Below, piece by piece: positions 10,354-21,400 of a stretch of DNA of 64,000 bases; within the stretch, counting starts at the first letter, position 1, and each line of letters begins with the position of its first letter. The stretch spans positions 372,001-436,000 of the forward strand of contig LSRY02000028.1 in NCBI GenBank assembly GCA_001643675.2, read 5' to 3'. Source of the DNA: Monocercomonoides exilis PA203 (lineage: Eukaryota > Protista > Preaxostyla). Position numbers and translations under genes: made by a program. The notes beneath the pieces were generated by a model, which had not been told where the DNA came from, made no database searches, and saw only the letters and a list, made by a program, of their open reading frames with translations.

Positions 10354-11784
10354 ATGCAAATGTTTTCTACAATGGTTGTTAGTATTCAAGCGAATTCTCA
10401 AGAGCTGCACTTAAGATTTTTTGGTTGTGTTTATTTTGTCTTTTTTCATTTATGAATTTGGATATAATGATAATAATATGAAAAGAATTGTTAAAGCAAT
10501 TAGAGCATTGTGAGGATTTTGAGGAAGGTAATATTATTAATGAATTGAATAAATCAATATATGAGATGGACAAAGAAGAATTGGACTTAAGAATTCTTCA
10601 GGAAGATACGTTAAATAAAATTGGAAAAATGATTGAAAAAGAGGAAATACAATTGAAAAATGCATGTATTTTATTGAAGCATGTAGGGTATTGCATGGTA
10701 TTGAAAGAGATTGATTATGAATGCTTCAGAAAATCATCATTGCGTTATGAATTTGAAAAGATGATATTCAAAGAATATGGCAAAAAAGATGAAAAGAATG
10801 AAATGCTTTTGGTTGATCTATGCGAATGCTATTTATTATTTCATGGCCGCAATTTAAGAAAAGAATTGCTTTTAATTTGTCTGAGATGTCTTTTGAAAGC
10901 TGCTTTGAACAAAGAGGAAAGTAAAGAAGCGCAAAGAAATGTCGAAATCGCTTTGCTCGCTATGAGTAACATTAATTCTGGAGAAGTTTGCTGATTTTTA
11001 AATTTTTAATGTAAAGTTATATAATGGTTGAAAACAGATTATTGGAAAAGAATTATATCTGAATGAGATAAAGGAAATTATTGAATATCATCAGCGGAAT
11101 TGCAACCTCACTCATCTTGCGTATCAATCTGCGTGGAGTTTTTTATTTTGCAGATTGTTTGCAAATTCAAAATTGCTTGATGATTTTGTGAATATACTTC
11201 ATTTTGCAAGGGAAGCAACAAGGGAGTTGAGTGCTTTGAGAAGAAAAGTCGACTGGAAGGCAAGCAGAAAGGAATTGAAGCACATGAAGAATGCGATAAT
11301 CGTCAAACGATGGTGTAAATTATCACTTTCAGCTATTATTTATCTTCAGAGAGGAGAAGTTGCTGAATTGATTGAATGTGTTGTAAGTGTATGCAAATCT
11401 GCAAACAACAAGCGTAGAGATATTATCAAGGAATTCATTTCAACTATCGAAGAATTGATGATAACTACCAGAGAAAGTTCTATAATTTTATTGCTGAGGG
11501 GCGGGGTGATTGGTGTTATTTTGGAAGATATTTCTCAGACAACAACAAAGAAAGAGGAGATATTCAATTTTTTAAAATTTATATTTCATTTTACTCTGCG
11601 GTTGAAAGGAATCACAAAAGATGAAGGTGACATAGAAATTTGCAAAACGATTAAAAGTGAGACAATTGTTAAGTTGGAGGAAGGTGGATATGAAGACATG
11701 ATTATAAGTTTTTATACAACATTTATTCTGTATTCATCAACTATTCCCACTAAAAAACTTCTATACTATTTTGCATTACCTTGA
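10354..11784 (+). CDS. Member of a lineage-specific expanded hypothetical protein family (Monocercomonoides-type), 3 exons
   Basis: ORFs 10488..10994 and 11155..11784 are joined by introns at ~10424-10485 and ~10987-11038. Motifs LLKHVGYC..LK, FEKMI..E..KK.EKNE.LLVDLCECYL, CLLKAALNKEE.KE.Q..VEIALLA.SNI and KLEE.GYED.I.SF match, from recollection, this multicopy family. Confidence 0.65.
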
Positions 11785-11983
11785 ATAGAAAATTCTTTAT
11801 CATTTCTGATTAGAAAATAATAAAAACATTAAATTTTTGGACAAAATTCAGAAATAAATCCACTGATTATAATTATTTTTTTATTGATCACTTGTTTTGC
11901 TCATTTGGATTCGTAATTTTTGTTTGTATGTATCTAAAGAAAATTTATGTTCAAACAAAATTTGTGAAAGCAGATGCTTGGTA

Positions 11984-12379
11984 CAGATATCGCATAAAAT
12001 TCAGGACATCGCACAAAATACCGGACAAGATCGATTTCACAATAACTGCAAGAGGAAAAATTCAGGAAATTTTCCTCAAAATACATCACATTAATGCAAA
12101 CTTAGTTGACATACAAAACTTTTAAAACTACTTTATTTGTGCTCAAAAAAAATTTATGTGGAAATCTTGGAGAAATAGAATTTTGAGTTTCTCCGAGATT
12201 TGAATAAATATTTATTTCTGAACACAAATAAAGCTGAAGTGAAGTCTTGTATATCAAATGAGTTTGTATTGACAAGATGTGTTTAGAGGAAAATAGTCAT
12301 AATTATTTATCTTGCAGTTATTGTGAAATCGATCTTGTCCGGTATTTTGTGCGATGTCCGGTGTTTTTTGCACAAACTG
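11984..12379. mobile_element. Foldback MITE, Tc1/mariner-type ends (TA|CAG...CTG|TA), 396 bp
   Basis: 50-bp perfect inverted repeat 12004-12053 vs ~12310-12359. Degenerate symmetry continues out to the TA-CAG termini and inward to a central hairpin (AAATCTTGGAGAAA...TTTCTCCGAGATTT, ~12162-12201). Flanked by TA on both sides. Confidence 0.8.
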
Positions 12380-12441
12380 TATATATCTTTTCGATTTAAA
12401 TTTTTATTAAATAAAAGATTCATTTGCCAAAGTTAGCAAGC

Positions 12442-12496
12442 AAAATAAAATAAAATAAAATAAAATAAAATAAAAACAAACAAACAAACAAACAAA
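12442..12496. repeat. Compound microsatellite (AAAAT)n(AAAC)n
   Basis: Directly visible tandem repeats. Confidence 0.9.
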
Positions 12497-13360
12497 GTTA
12501 AAAAAAACTGAATATCATTCATGAAAAAATACACTCTTCCTAATTTTGAGGGTTATCATGTTTTATTGAATAATTGGCATCAAAAACAAAAAAGTTCGAA
12601 TGAAGAAAAAGAATAGATAAAGTTTTAAGAACGTCTGTGATTAAGCACGAATTTTTTGCTTAATGGATATTGTTCCGAACAGTATTTTCTTATCTTTTTC
12701 TCGATTTTAAGTGATGAGTTCGTTTTTTGTGTGAAAATGAAATCCCTTTCATAATCCAGCCGTTGAAAAAAATAAGAACAAATCGTTGATTTTTTCGTAA
12801 ACGGTAGAATAATGACTCATCTCAAAAAAATATAATGTCGTGGAAGATAATTGGGCTTTTTGCAAGATATTAGTAACTGACCTTTATTAATGAGTTCATA
12901 AAACTCTGATCCGAAACCGTTCTTGGTTTTTTCAAGAAAAAAATCATCACTGGTCGAATGATCAACCTTTTCCCTTGTCATTATGATTTAAGTGTTCTTT
13001 TCCATATGTCACATATTCAGACGACAGGGTTATTATTCAACCTCAATTTTTTTTTCCATTTGCTCTGACCTATTATTTCATATCGAAAGTTTTGTGTCCC
13101 ACTTTTTGAAATAATGACAAGATTCTTTGCATAATAGAAATCTATATTGTGTTTAAAATTTGTATTTTGAAATGAATCCCTTTTCTCATTGGAGGGGAGA
13201 GAGAGAGATGGGGGGTATTAAAAACCTTTCATCAATTTTCCTTGAGAAATTTATTGATTTCAAGGTGTGTAAAGCCTCATTATTCATTCAAAACATATGT
13301 TTTTTATAATTTCAATGAAATTTTTAATTATAAATAATGAGATCAAGACTTAGCAAATAA

Positions 13361-14647
13361 ATGAAAGTTCTTGAAGAGCTAAAAAGAAAATAACGGCTTG
13401 CAAAATAAAAGCATGCCATGCCATCCTTTTTTGAGGAAATTATACAATAACTTGAACGAATGGCACATATTGTTTATGATGATGTTATCAGTATCAAACA
13501 TGCCATCAATTCAGAGCAATTCAGCTGCAACAGAAAAAAAAAACGCAGTTCTGGCGTTGCAAGCTGAAAGGGCAGTGGGAAAACCGTGAAGGCCGCAGGT
13601 TATCAATGGAGAGAAGGAAGAAATAGTTCTTGATGTGATCATAATTGACACTATTTGTGAAACCAGTCAGACAATGAAGAAAACAAGAGAATTGGTTTGT
13701 TTTAATTTCATTTTGCACTAATAAACTTATTTCTTAAGATGGAAAATGCTTTTAATGATTCGAAAGACGAAAACGAGCCTTATATTTACGGTTTCAAATG
13801 CAGCGGCTTATTGACTTCTAAAGCGTCATCCAGATCTGAAAAAGAGCAGTCCTTAATTTTTTGATGTGAACAGGTTGGCTGTGTCATGCAAGAGTGTAAT
13901 GGACACATGGAATCAAATGATGAAAGGATTACACGAAGCTAATAACAACAATCCTTCATTAATATTCAACATCGACGAATCTTCTGAGCGTGTGCATGCA
14001 ACTACAAATATCAGCGTTGTCCATTCATCAAACTAATGGGCTGAACACTGCAGGGAAGCTCAAAAAATGGACAAGGCAACACTTGTTGCTGCTGTGGCTA
14101 TCGATAGTTATTCATTTCTTTGCATCATTCTCTGGTCAAGTGTTTTTCAACCGGATTAACTTAAGTCTCTATTCTCACCGACCCTTGGCATCTGGATCAA
14201 CAAAAGTGGTTGGATGGACAAGAAAAACTTCAAGAAATATGCAGAAACAGTTCTTCTGCTTTCCATCGTTGAAAAAAGTGAGAATTCAGTTAAAACCGGA
14301 TATAATCAAGTCGAATATAATCTCATTCGTTTATAATCACATTTATCGATGTACCGACATTTTTGGCCTTTATTTCGTTCATTTTCAATCAAATAAAATC
14401 ACAGGGCTAAATATATATTATCACATTTTGTTTCATAATGGGTGAATTTTTCATTGAAAAATCGATTTTTTGATCAAAAATTTCGATTTTTTAAATTTTT
14501 CAAAATTATGTTTAAATAGTTTAAATAATGTGAATAAAAGATAATAATAGATTTCGCAAGTGAAAAATGCGTTTTAATGAAAATTTTTCAAAAATTTTTG
14601 ATTTGACCGAAAATATATTAATTAATAAATGGGGAAAATAAATTATT

Positions 14648-14687
<40 letters not shown>

Positions 14688-15990
14688 AAAAAGTATTGAA
14701 AAATTGTTTGTTTAATAACTTTATTTTGCTTTCTCAGATTTCAAAACAAATTTGATTTACATATCCGTAAACAGGCATCGTTGAAATCAAAACATTAAGT
14801 TTCCCCACCTTTTTCGAATTTCAAAAAACCGACTCATTTTTATTATGTTTTTTGATATTAAAAAGTGAATGAAATGTGCATAATTTTTCAATGAAAATGC
14901 TTGAAGCGAAATATTTTGCCCCATATAAATAGAAATAACAATTTTTTATGTTTTATAATGTTTTTAGAATATTTTAAAATAAGTTTGAAAAATCAAAAAA
15001 TTGAGATTTGGGTGATTATTTTCTGATATCATGTTTTTTATATTCAAAAAATTCTGTTCGATAATATCCCTTGAATATCAACAGAATAATACTGAACAAT
15101 TAGAAGGCTTATTCAAAAATATCTTCATCTTTATTTGAGCTTAAACATTTGTCTTGCTAGCAGTTTTGATAATTCAACAATTCAAACACAAAGTCTCTCC
15201 CCAATGACAAAAAACGTTTGAAAAATTGACACATCGAAAAAAGTTATGATTTCAAGAATGTTCAACCATTTTTGATCAAAAAATCGATTTTTCAATGAAA
15301 AATTCACCCATTATGAAACAAAATGTGATAATATATATTTAGCCCTGTGATTTTATTTGATTGAAAATGAACGAAATAAAGGCCAAAAATGTCGGTACAT
15401 CGATAAATGTGATTATAAACGAATGAGATTATATTCGACTTGATTATATCCGGGTTTGATTGTATTTCAATGAAAACTGAGTAATATCTTCTTTATATCT
15501 ATACCCATCTTTCATATAGGGATCCTTCTATTTGGATTCCCTTGGAAAAAAACAAAACCGATAGCATCACATTCATCTCCCACTGTACTCATTTATCTCA
15601 GCCACTCGATAGAGGAGTATTTGTAACTCTCAAAGCTTCTATTTCTTCATCATTTGGTGTTCCATCATCTGCTTCATCGTCTGCTACGAGAAAATAACTT
15701 GTTGAAGTGCTTCCTCAAGCAATTCACTCCGCTTTCTCTCATTCTTACATCAAAAATGCTTTTGAAGAAAGCGGAGTCTTTCATAAGACGTTTGGTCCGG
15801 TTCTTCTCAAACTCCCGAAATCATCAAGATATCCTCTTCCTTCCCATCGTAACCGTTTCGATTATTTTGGAAAGTTAATCACAAAAAAAGAACTTCTAGA
15901 AGATTGTGAGAGATTTATTTGGGAGAAATGAAGAAAACGATAAGGAAAAAGACATGAAGCAAGAGGAAGAAAACGAAAAAGATGAAATAA
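13361..15990 (+). pseudogene. pogo-family DDE_1 transposase pseudogene
   Basis: Fragments in several frames with stops and frameshifts: VGKP*RPQVINGEKEEIV (HTH linker-like), IFNIDESS (~13965), KSGWMDKKNFKKY (~14205). After the insertion: LLYIYTHLSY...HCTHLSQPLDRGVFVTLK (~15590) and IKNAFEESGV. Confidence 0.8.
14287..15462. mobile_element. Non-autonomous long-TIR element (1,176 bp) nested in the pogo transposase
   Basis: 186-bp apparently perfect inverted repeats 14296-14481 and 15268-15453, extending imperfectly to CAGTTAAAACCGG / CAATCAAACCCGG termini (pogo-like). TA on the right flank, TT on the left. AT-rich non-coding interior with a poly-T tract. Confidence 0.85.
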
Positions 15991-16410
15991 ATTAATTCAT
16001 ACAAAAAATCTAAAGAAAACGCACTGACGTTATTTTTGATGATCCAAACGAAGAGGAAATAGAAGATATGCAAAGAAAACCAGGAAAAAGAAAGATAATT
16101 CGAAGAATTGATTCTTCTTTTGTATTTTTTTAAATTTTTCCAAATTTTTCACTTCAAAAATTTGGGTCAGAATAAAAAAATGGGTTGGGGTTAAATAATA
16201 ACCCTTCAAATGAATTTGAAAGCTATTTTTGTTGATGCAATCAAAACATATCATATCCAATGCTTGATGACAATTATTTGCGAAATTGTTTTTCATTTTT
16301 TTTGTAATTTCTAATTAGCATTGAGGGAAGCTTAAAAAAAATTCTTATATAAATAACGCAAGCTGTTTATTGAACAAAAAATTAATCAACATATTAATAC
16401 ACAAGAAATA

Positions 16411-17967
16411 TTATAATTCTTTCTTTGCATCATCTTTTGGAGCATCATTTTTCAAATATTTTTCTTTTTCTGTCTTTTTTTTACCTCCTTTTAATATGGC
16501 ATCCTTAACTGATTCAACCTTTTTCTTTCTTGCTTCTTCTTCTTCCTTCATTCTTTGTTCTTCTTCAAGCTGCTTCTGTTGCTCTTCAGTCAGTTGAGGC
16601 TTGAAATGCTCTTCAATCCACCTCTTCTTCCTTTCTCTTCCAATCTCTCTCTTCTCCTTCAGATTTCGTGTCTTTTGCTGGTAATCTTTCTTATATTTTT
16701 CTCTGTTTTCCTGACTTTTAGGCGGAGGGGAATGCATCAGTGCCTTCAATCGCGACGGCCTCGGCAGTCCTCGAAACCTTCTCCCTGTGGGCGTTTTGTG
16801 TGCCCTTTCAGCCTCACGCGCCCTCTCCTCTTCGAGAATGGCTTCCTCTTCCTTTCGTCTCGCTTCAATTTCCTGTCTGACTTGCTCCTCTGACCGAAAT
16901 CCCTTTGTAATCGCTTTTTTGTCTTTCTTTTTTTTCAACGCAATTTTCTTTCTCAGATCCGATTCGATTTGAGCATCCACTTTTTCGCCCTTATTTTTCT
17001 TTTCAGATATTAATTTCTGTACCTCTTTTTCAATTGCAGCTTCTTCTTCTTTTTGAATTTTTTCTTTTTCTTCCAAAACTTTTAACTCTTTCTCTTTTTT
17101 CTTCTTTTCTTCTTCTTCTTCTTCGTCTCGTGGTTTGGCTCGCTCATATTTTGGATACCAATATTTATCTGCACCATGCCCCATATAATGAGAATCTTTC
17201 TGCCGTTTGTCGTATACAAGTTTTGTCTGTTCCACTCTTTCAAGTCTTCTTTCATCAAACTCCATTGGTGTATGATCAAGAAGAGTAACATCAAGAATTA
17301 TAGATGCCCCAGCTATTAACATTGAAGTTAAAATAAATAGCAAATTAAAATAAATTATTACAAACGAGGGACAATTACTGTAGCTCCTCTTGTTCCATAA
17401 GCAAGATATGATGGAATAATCATTCTTCGTGTTTCGTTTAAACACATTCCAATAATCCCCTGTTGAAATGAAATGTTAAAAAGAAGGCTTTAAATCTTAA
17501 ACTTGTTTATAAATAATTAAAAGTTCTAACCTGATCCAATCCTTTTTGTATTTTGTTGTTTAAACAAAGTTCAAATTTCAATTTAAAATTTATTTAAAAT
17601 GAAAATATTTAATTTGCTCAAAACAAACCTTCAATAGATTCTCCATATCCAACTCTAAAAGAATATCCTTCATCAGGTTCTGTACAATCAACCTCTTTTT
17701 CAGAAGAAAATAGAAACAAATGGAATGATATCTAATATACATTTAAAAAATTAAGCAGAGGTAATATGATTATATATTTCTAACCTCAACTTGATCGCCT
17801 TTTTGGACGCGGTCAACGCAATTTTCTGCTGGCTTAAGAATTTCAACTTGTATGGTTTTTGGTGGTTTCTTTTTGGGGGTAAAAGATTTAGGAGGTTCAA
17901 TTACTGTTGCGGCACAAATAGCATCTAATGCTAAAAGGGCAAGAAACAAGACATTGAAGTGTCTCAT
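16411..17967 (-). CDS. ER-lumenal FKBP-type peptidyl-prolyl isomerase with long charged C-terminal tail ending KKEL
   Basis: Signal peptide MRHFNVLFLALLALDAICA. Spliced FKBP domain ...CVDRVQKGDQVE/ISFHL...FRVGYGESIEGLDQGIIGMCLNETRRMIIPSYLAYGTRG...GASIILDVTLL. Includes an 11-nt micro-exon at 17531-17541. C-terminal KKEL followed by TAA. Confidence 0.85.
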
Positions 17968-18433
17968 TTCAGAAAAAAATAATAAGAAAGATATGGGAAT
18001 ATTTCTGCATATAAAACTCAAATCAATGCTAATAGCAAAACACAATCAGAATTACAATATTATAAATTAATTTTCATTTTTATGAATTTTCAAAAATGAA
18101 AAAAATTGTGTTTGAACGCAAAATGGACACTTCTTAATTAAAAATATTAAAAATATAATAAAATGCTAAGAAATCAACAATAATCCATTTCAATTTTGTT
18201 GAATTTTTGAAAGCATTAAATATATATTTTTTCTTTTCATTTGTATATTTTTTGTTGAAATGCCACATTTTTTTTAAAAAAAAATTATTTTTTTCTTCAA
18301 TTCCCAACAGTCAATCCAAATCATAATGAAAAATTTTGATCATATCTGAAAAAATCAACTTTAATAAAAAAAAATCACCAATCAAGCATTTCTATTTTCG
18401 AAAAAGTCCCCCATAAACTATTTTTTGTGATTA

Positions 18434-21400
18434 ATGGAATCGAGATATGCTGTTCTCCAGGCTTGTGACCGATGTCGCATGAAGTATGACTCAGTTTATT
18501 CAATACAAAATTATATCGGATTATTAATTTGATATTTTCCGTGGTGATCCAAAGGAAAACAAAATGCGACGGGTATGTTTTTTGAAAATACATATAAAAA
18601 GGATATACATGAATTTTCCATATTTATTTTTATCTTCCCTTTTATACATAAATTTTATAAAGTGGACATCCATGTGCTTCATGTAAACAACGAAGATTTG
18701 AATGCACTTATGATATGCCTGTGAAAAAACGAGGTCCAATGAGTAAAAAGCGTCTGTGAATTTAAAACATAAGCACTATTTAATTTTTACTTTTTTCATC
18801 TCTCTTATATTTTTAGAAGAATCATCAACACTTACTGATTCTTCCACAAACACAAAAAACCAGGATTGGTCCAGAATTAACGATGCCATCACAGAAACTT
18901 TGACTGTTGAACCTGAAATACCACCTGCAACTGAAGAAACAACATATTTCCCTCCATTTCAAATTTTGCAGGATCCGTCATATCCTAGAGTGCTTGTATT
19001 TCATACAGGAACACCAAGATATTTGCCTCATCTTGACCCAAATGATTTCGAGCCATTTTATGACCTATCTATTCCTTTTTTGAAAATAGGAGAAAATAAA
19101 TTTATTTATTTGGAAGTGTTTAGACGATTTATAAACCCATTTTTAGGAATGTTCTCTCCTGATATGTCATATTTTGCACATTTTCCTTTTAAAACAAAGG
19201 AGATTTTATTCACAATCAAACAGCAACGACTCCTTGAGCAACAGCAATCGCAGCAACAGAAAAATGCTCCAACGGAAGTTAATTCGAATCCATCATCAGT
19301 TGCCAATTCAACATCTCCTCCACCTATCCCCTTTCAGCGCCCGAAGGATTCACTTCCGACCGACTCGCAGCTTCCTTCATCTGCGCACATGGGCCTCAAC
19401 AAAGCAGAGCATCTCTCACTTCACTTTATGGATGCGCTGCACATGCAGTTCTACACTATCATCGCGCTTGCTGCCAAAGCGCTGGGGCACACCCGCACTG
19501 CAACCATCTGCATCCGGCAGGCGCGTGTGTACGGGATGGTGCTGTCAGATGTGGTGGGCAACCTCCTCAGCCACAAGATGTCCCTCCAGAAGCGCCTCGT
19601 CAACGGCATCGTGCCGATGAAGCACCTCTGCCGCAAAATCCTGAAGTGCTTCCTGCACAAAAACAAAACTGACAGATGCGAATTGAATAAGGATAATAAA
19701 AATGCTGCTCCTGAAAGTGTGAAGACTGAAGTAAACACATCTTCTTTGAGCGCATCAGCGTTCCCTTCTTCACATCCAGAGCCTTTAAACGCCAGCACAC
19801 AGGCATCTGAGTCAACCAATTCCTCTTCTTATTCTTCTTCCTCTTCCTCTTCTGATCTCTCCTCTCTTCCCATTCTGCCCATCGCATCCATCTCCAGCCG
19901 CCCTGCCACATTCAACTTCTCCTCAAACCGGCAGGCGTTTCTCTGCAAAGGCGGGTTCTTCAACCCGCTCCCGCTCATGTTTGGGCTGCAGTCGTTTCCG
20001 AAGCCGAAGATCAAGCGGCACACGCGCCATCCGATCTGCCAGAAGACAGGGAAGATCTGCCCGACGCTGCTGAAGCACCTGGAGCACGAGTGGGCAGCAG
20101 AGCAGGAGAAAGAGAAAGAGGCACGGGAGCTGAACGAGCCGGTGCTCATCCGCAACAACGAGGAGCTCATCTGCTTCATCCGGATGCTCTCCACAGACAT
20201 CGCTGTCTCTCGTGCCCTGCCCTTTTCGCCTCTGGACATTTTGGAAGGCTCCTTCGTGATTGAGTATCTGAAAGGCATGTTTCTGATAGCCAAGTTCTAC
20301 TCGTCGCACCAGTGCCGCCGTGCTGAGCAGCTGTCGCGCAGCACAAGAGAGCTGATGAACTCGAAGTATGTGCAAGACTTGATACTCTCCCCACACTCCC
20401 CTTTCTTCTCGCTGTGTGTGAACCCGAATGCTCCGGTGGCTGTGCCGTTTTCGGAGTTTAATTTGGACAGCGTGCTGAAGGAGATGAAGGGGCTGCTGGA
20501 TGAGCTGCAGGAGATGACAGGGGGTGGAGAAGAGAACAAGAGTGAGGAGGTGAATATAAACAGCGAAATGGACGAAGATGTGAAGGATGGGAGAAAGAAT
20601 GAAGGGGAAGAGCAAATAAAAGAAGAATCAAATAAAATGATTGACGATAATGAAATGAACATGAATGACAACACAAACAAAGAAGGAGAAAGCGAAAAAG
20701 AAAAAGAAAAAGAAAAAGAATCAACAGGAAGCGATTCAATTTCATTGAAAGATGCAAAAATGAATGGGGAGTCTATTCACACACACGAACAGCACTGCAC
20801 TCATCTGCACACTGCAATCTCAACCACGAACTGCTCATCGTCAGCCATCCTCTTGTCTTCTCTTATTCCGCTCATATCGCCTGAACTGTCGAGACAGCAG
20901 ACACCAAACTTCCAAAAGACTATGACACCTCGTTTTTCGATTTTAACAGCACAAACGCAAACACAGTCATCATCATCATCTTCTTCTTCTTCTCTTTCAA
21001 CATTATCTTCCTCCTCTTTATCCTCCTCCTCCTCCTCCTCTTCTTCTTCTTCTTCTTCTTCTTCTTCTTCCACCAGCTACTCTCTGGTATCCATCCCAGA
21101 CAAGCCACCGTATGTGTACTCTTGCAACATCGCAGCGCCAACACTGGATGAAGTCATCCGGCGTTCGATGACTGAGATCAAGCAGCACAGCTCGTGGGTG
21201 GCCACGCTCATTCAGCCAGGCTCTGAACTGTCTCTGGCAGGAGGTGGGTGGTGGAGAGAGAAAGGGAAGAAGAAGGAAAAAGGGAAAGAAGGAGGGAAGA
21301 AGAGGAAAGAAGAAAGTGAAAGACTGGAAAATGAGGAAGAAGTGGAGAGAGAGAAAGAGGAGGAAGAGAATGGAGCGATTTCTGTGATTGCAACACGCTG

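Larger units (their letters stand above)
13025..16206 (+). mobile_element. Decayed pogo/Tigger-like (DDE_1) DNA transposon, ~2.0 kb native length, interrupted by a nested element
   Basis: Degenerate TIRs: left CAGGGTTATTATTCAACCTCAA...CCATTTGCTCTGACC; right (reverse complement) AAGGGTTATTATTTAACCCCAACCCATTT...TTCTGACC. They enclose transposase remnants. TSD not preserved. Confidence 0.7.

Noticed and set aside
13990-14445. 151-aa ORF as an independent gene
   Set aside because: It is an off-frame read through the transposase pseudogene into the TIR of the nested element.
18756-18816. Apparent signal peptide at the start of the 3,228-aa ORF
   Set aside because: This T-rich stretch is the predicted intron (18752-18816) between the Zn-cluster exons and the main exon.
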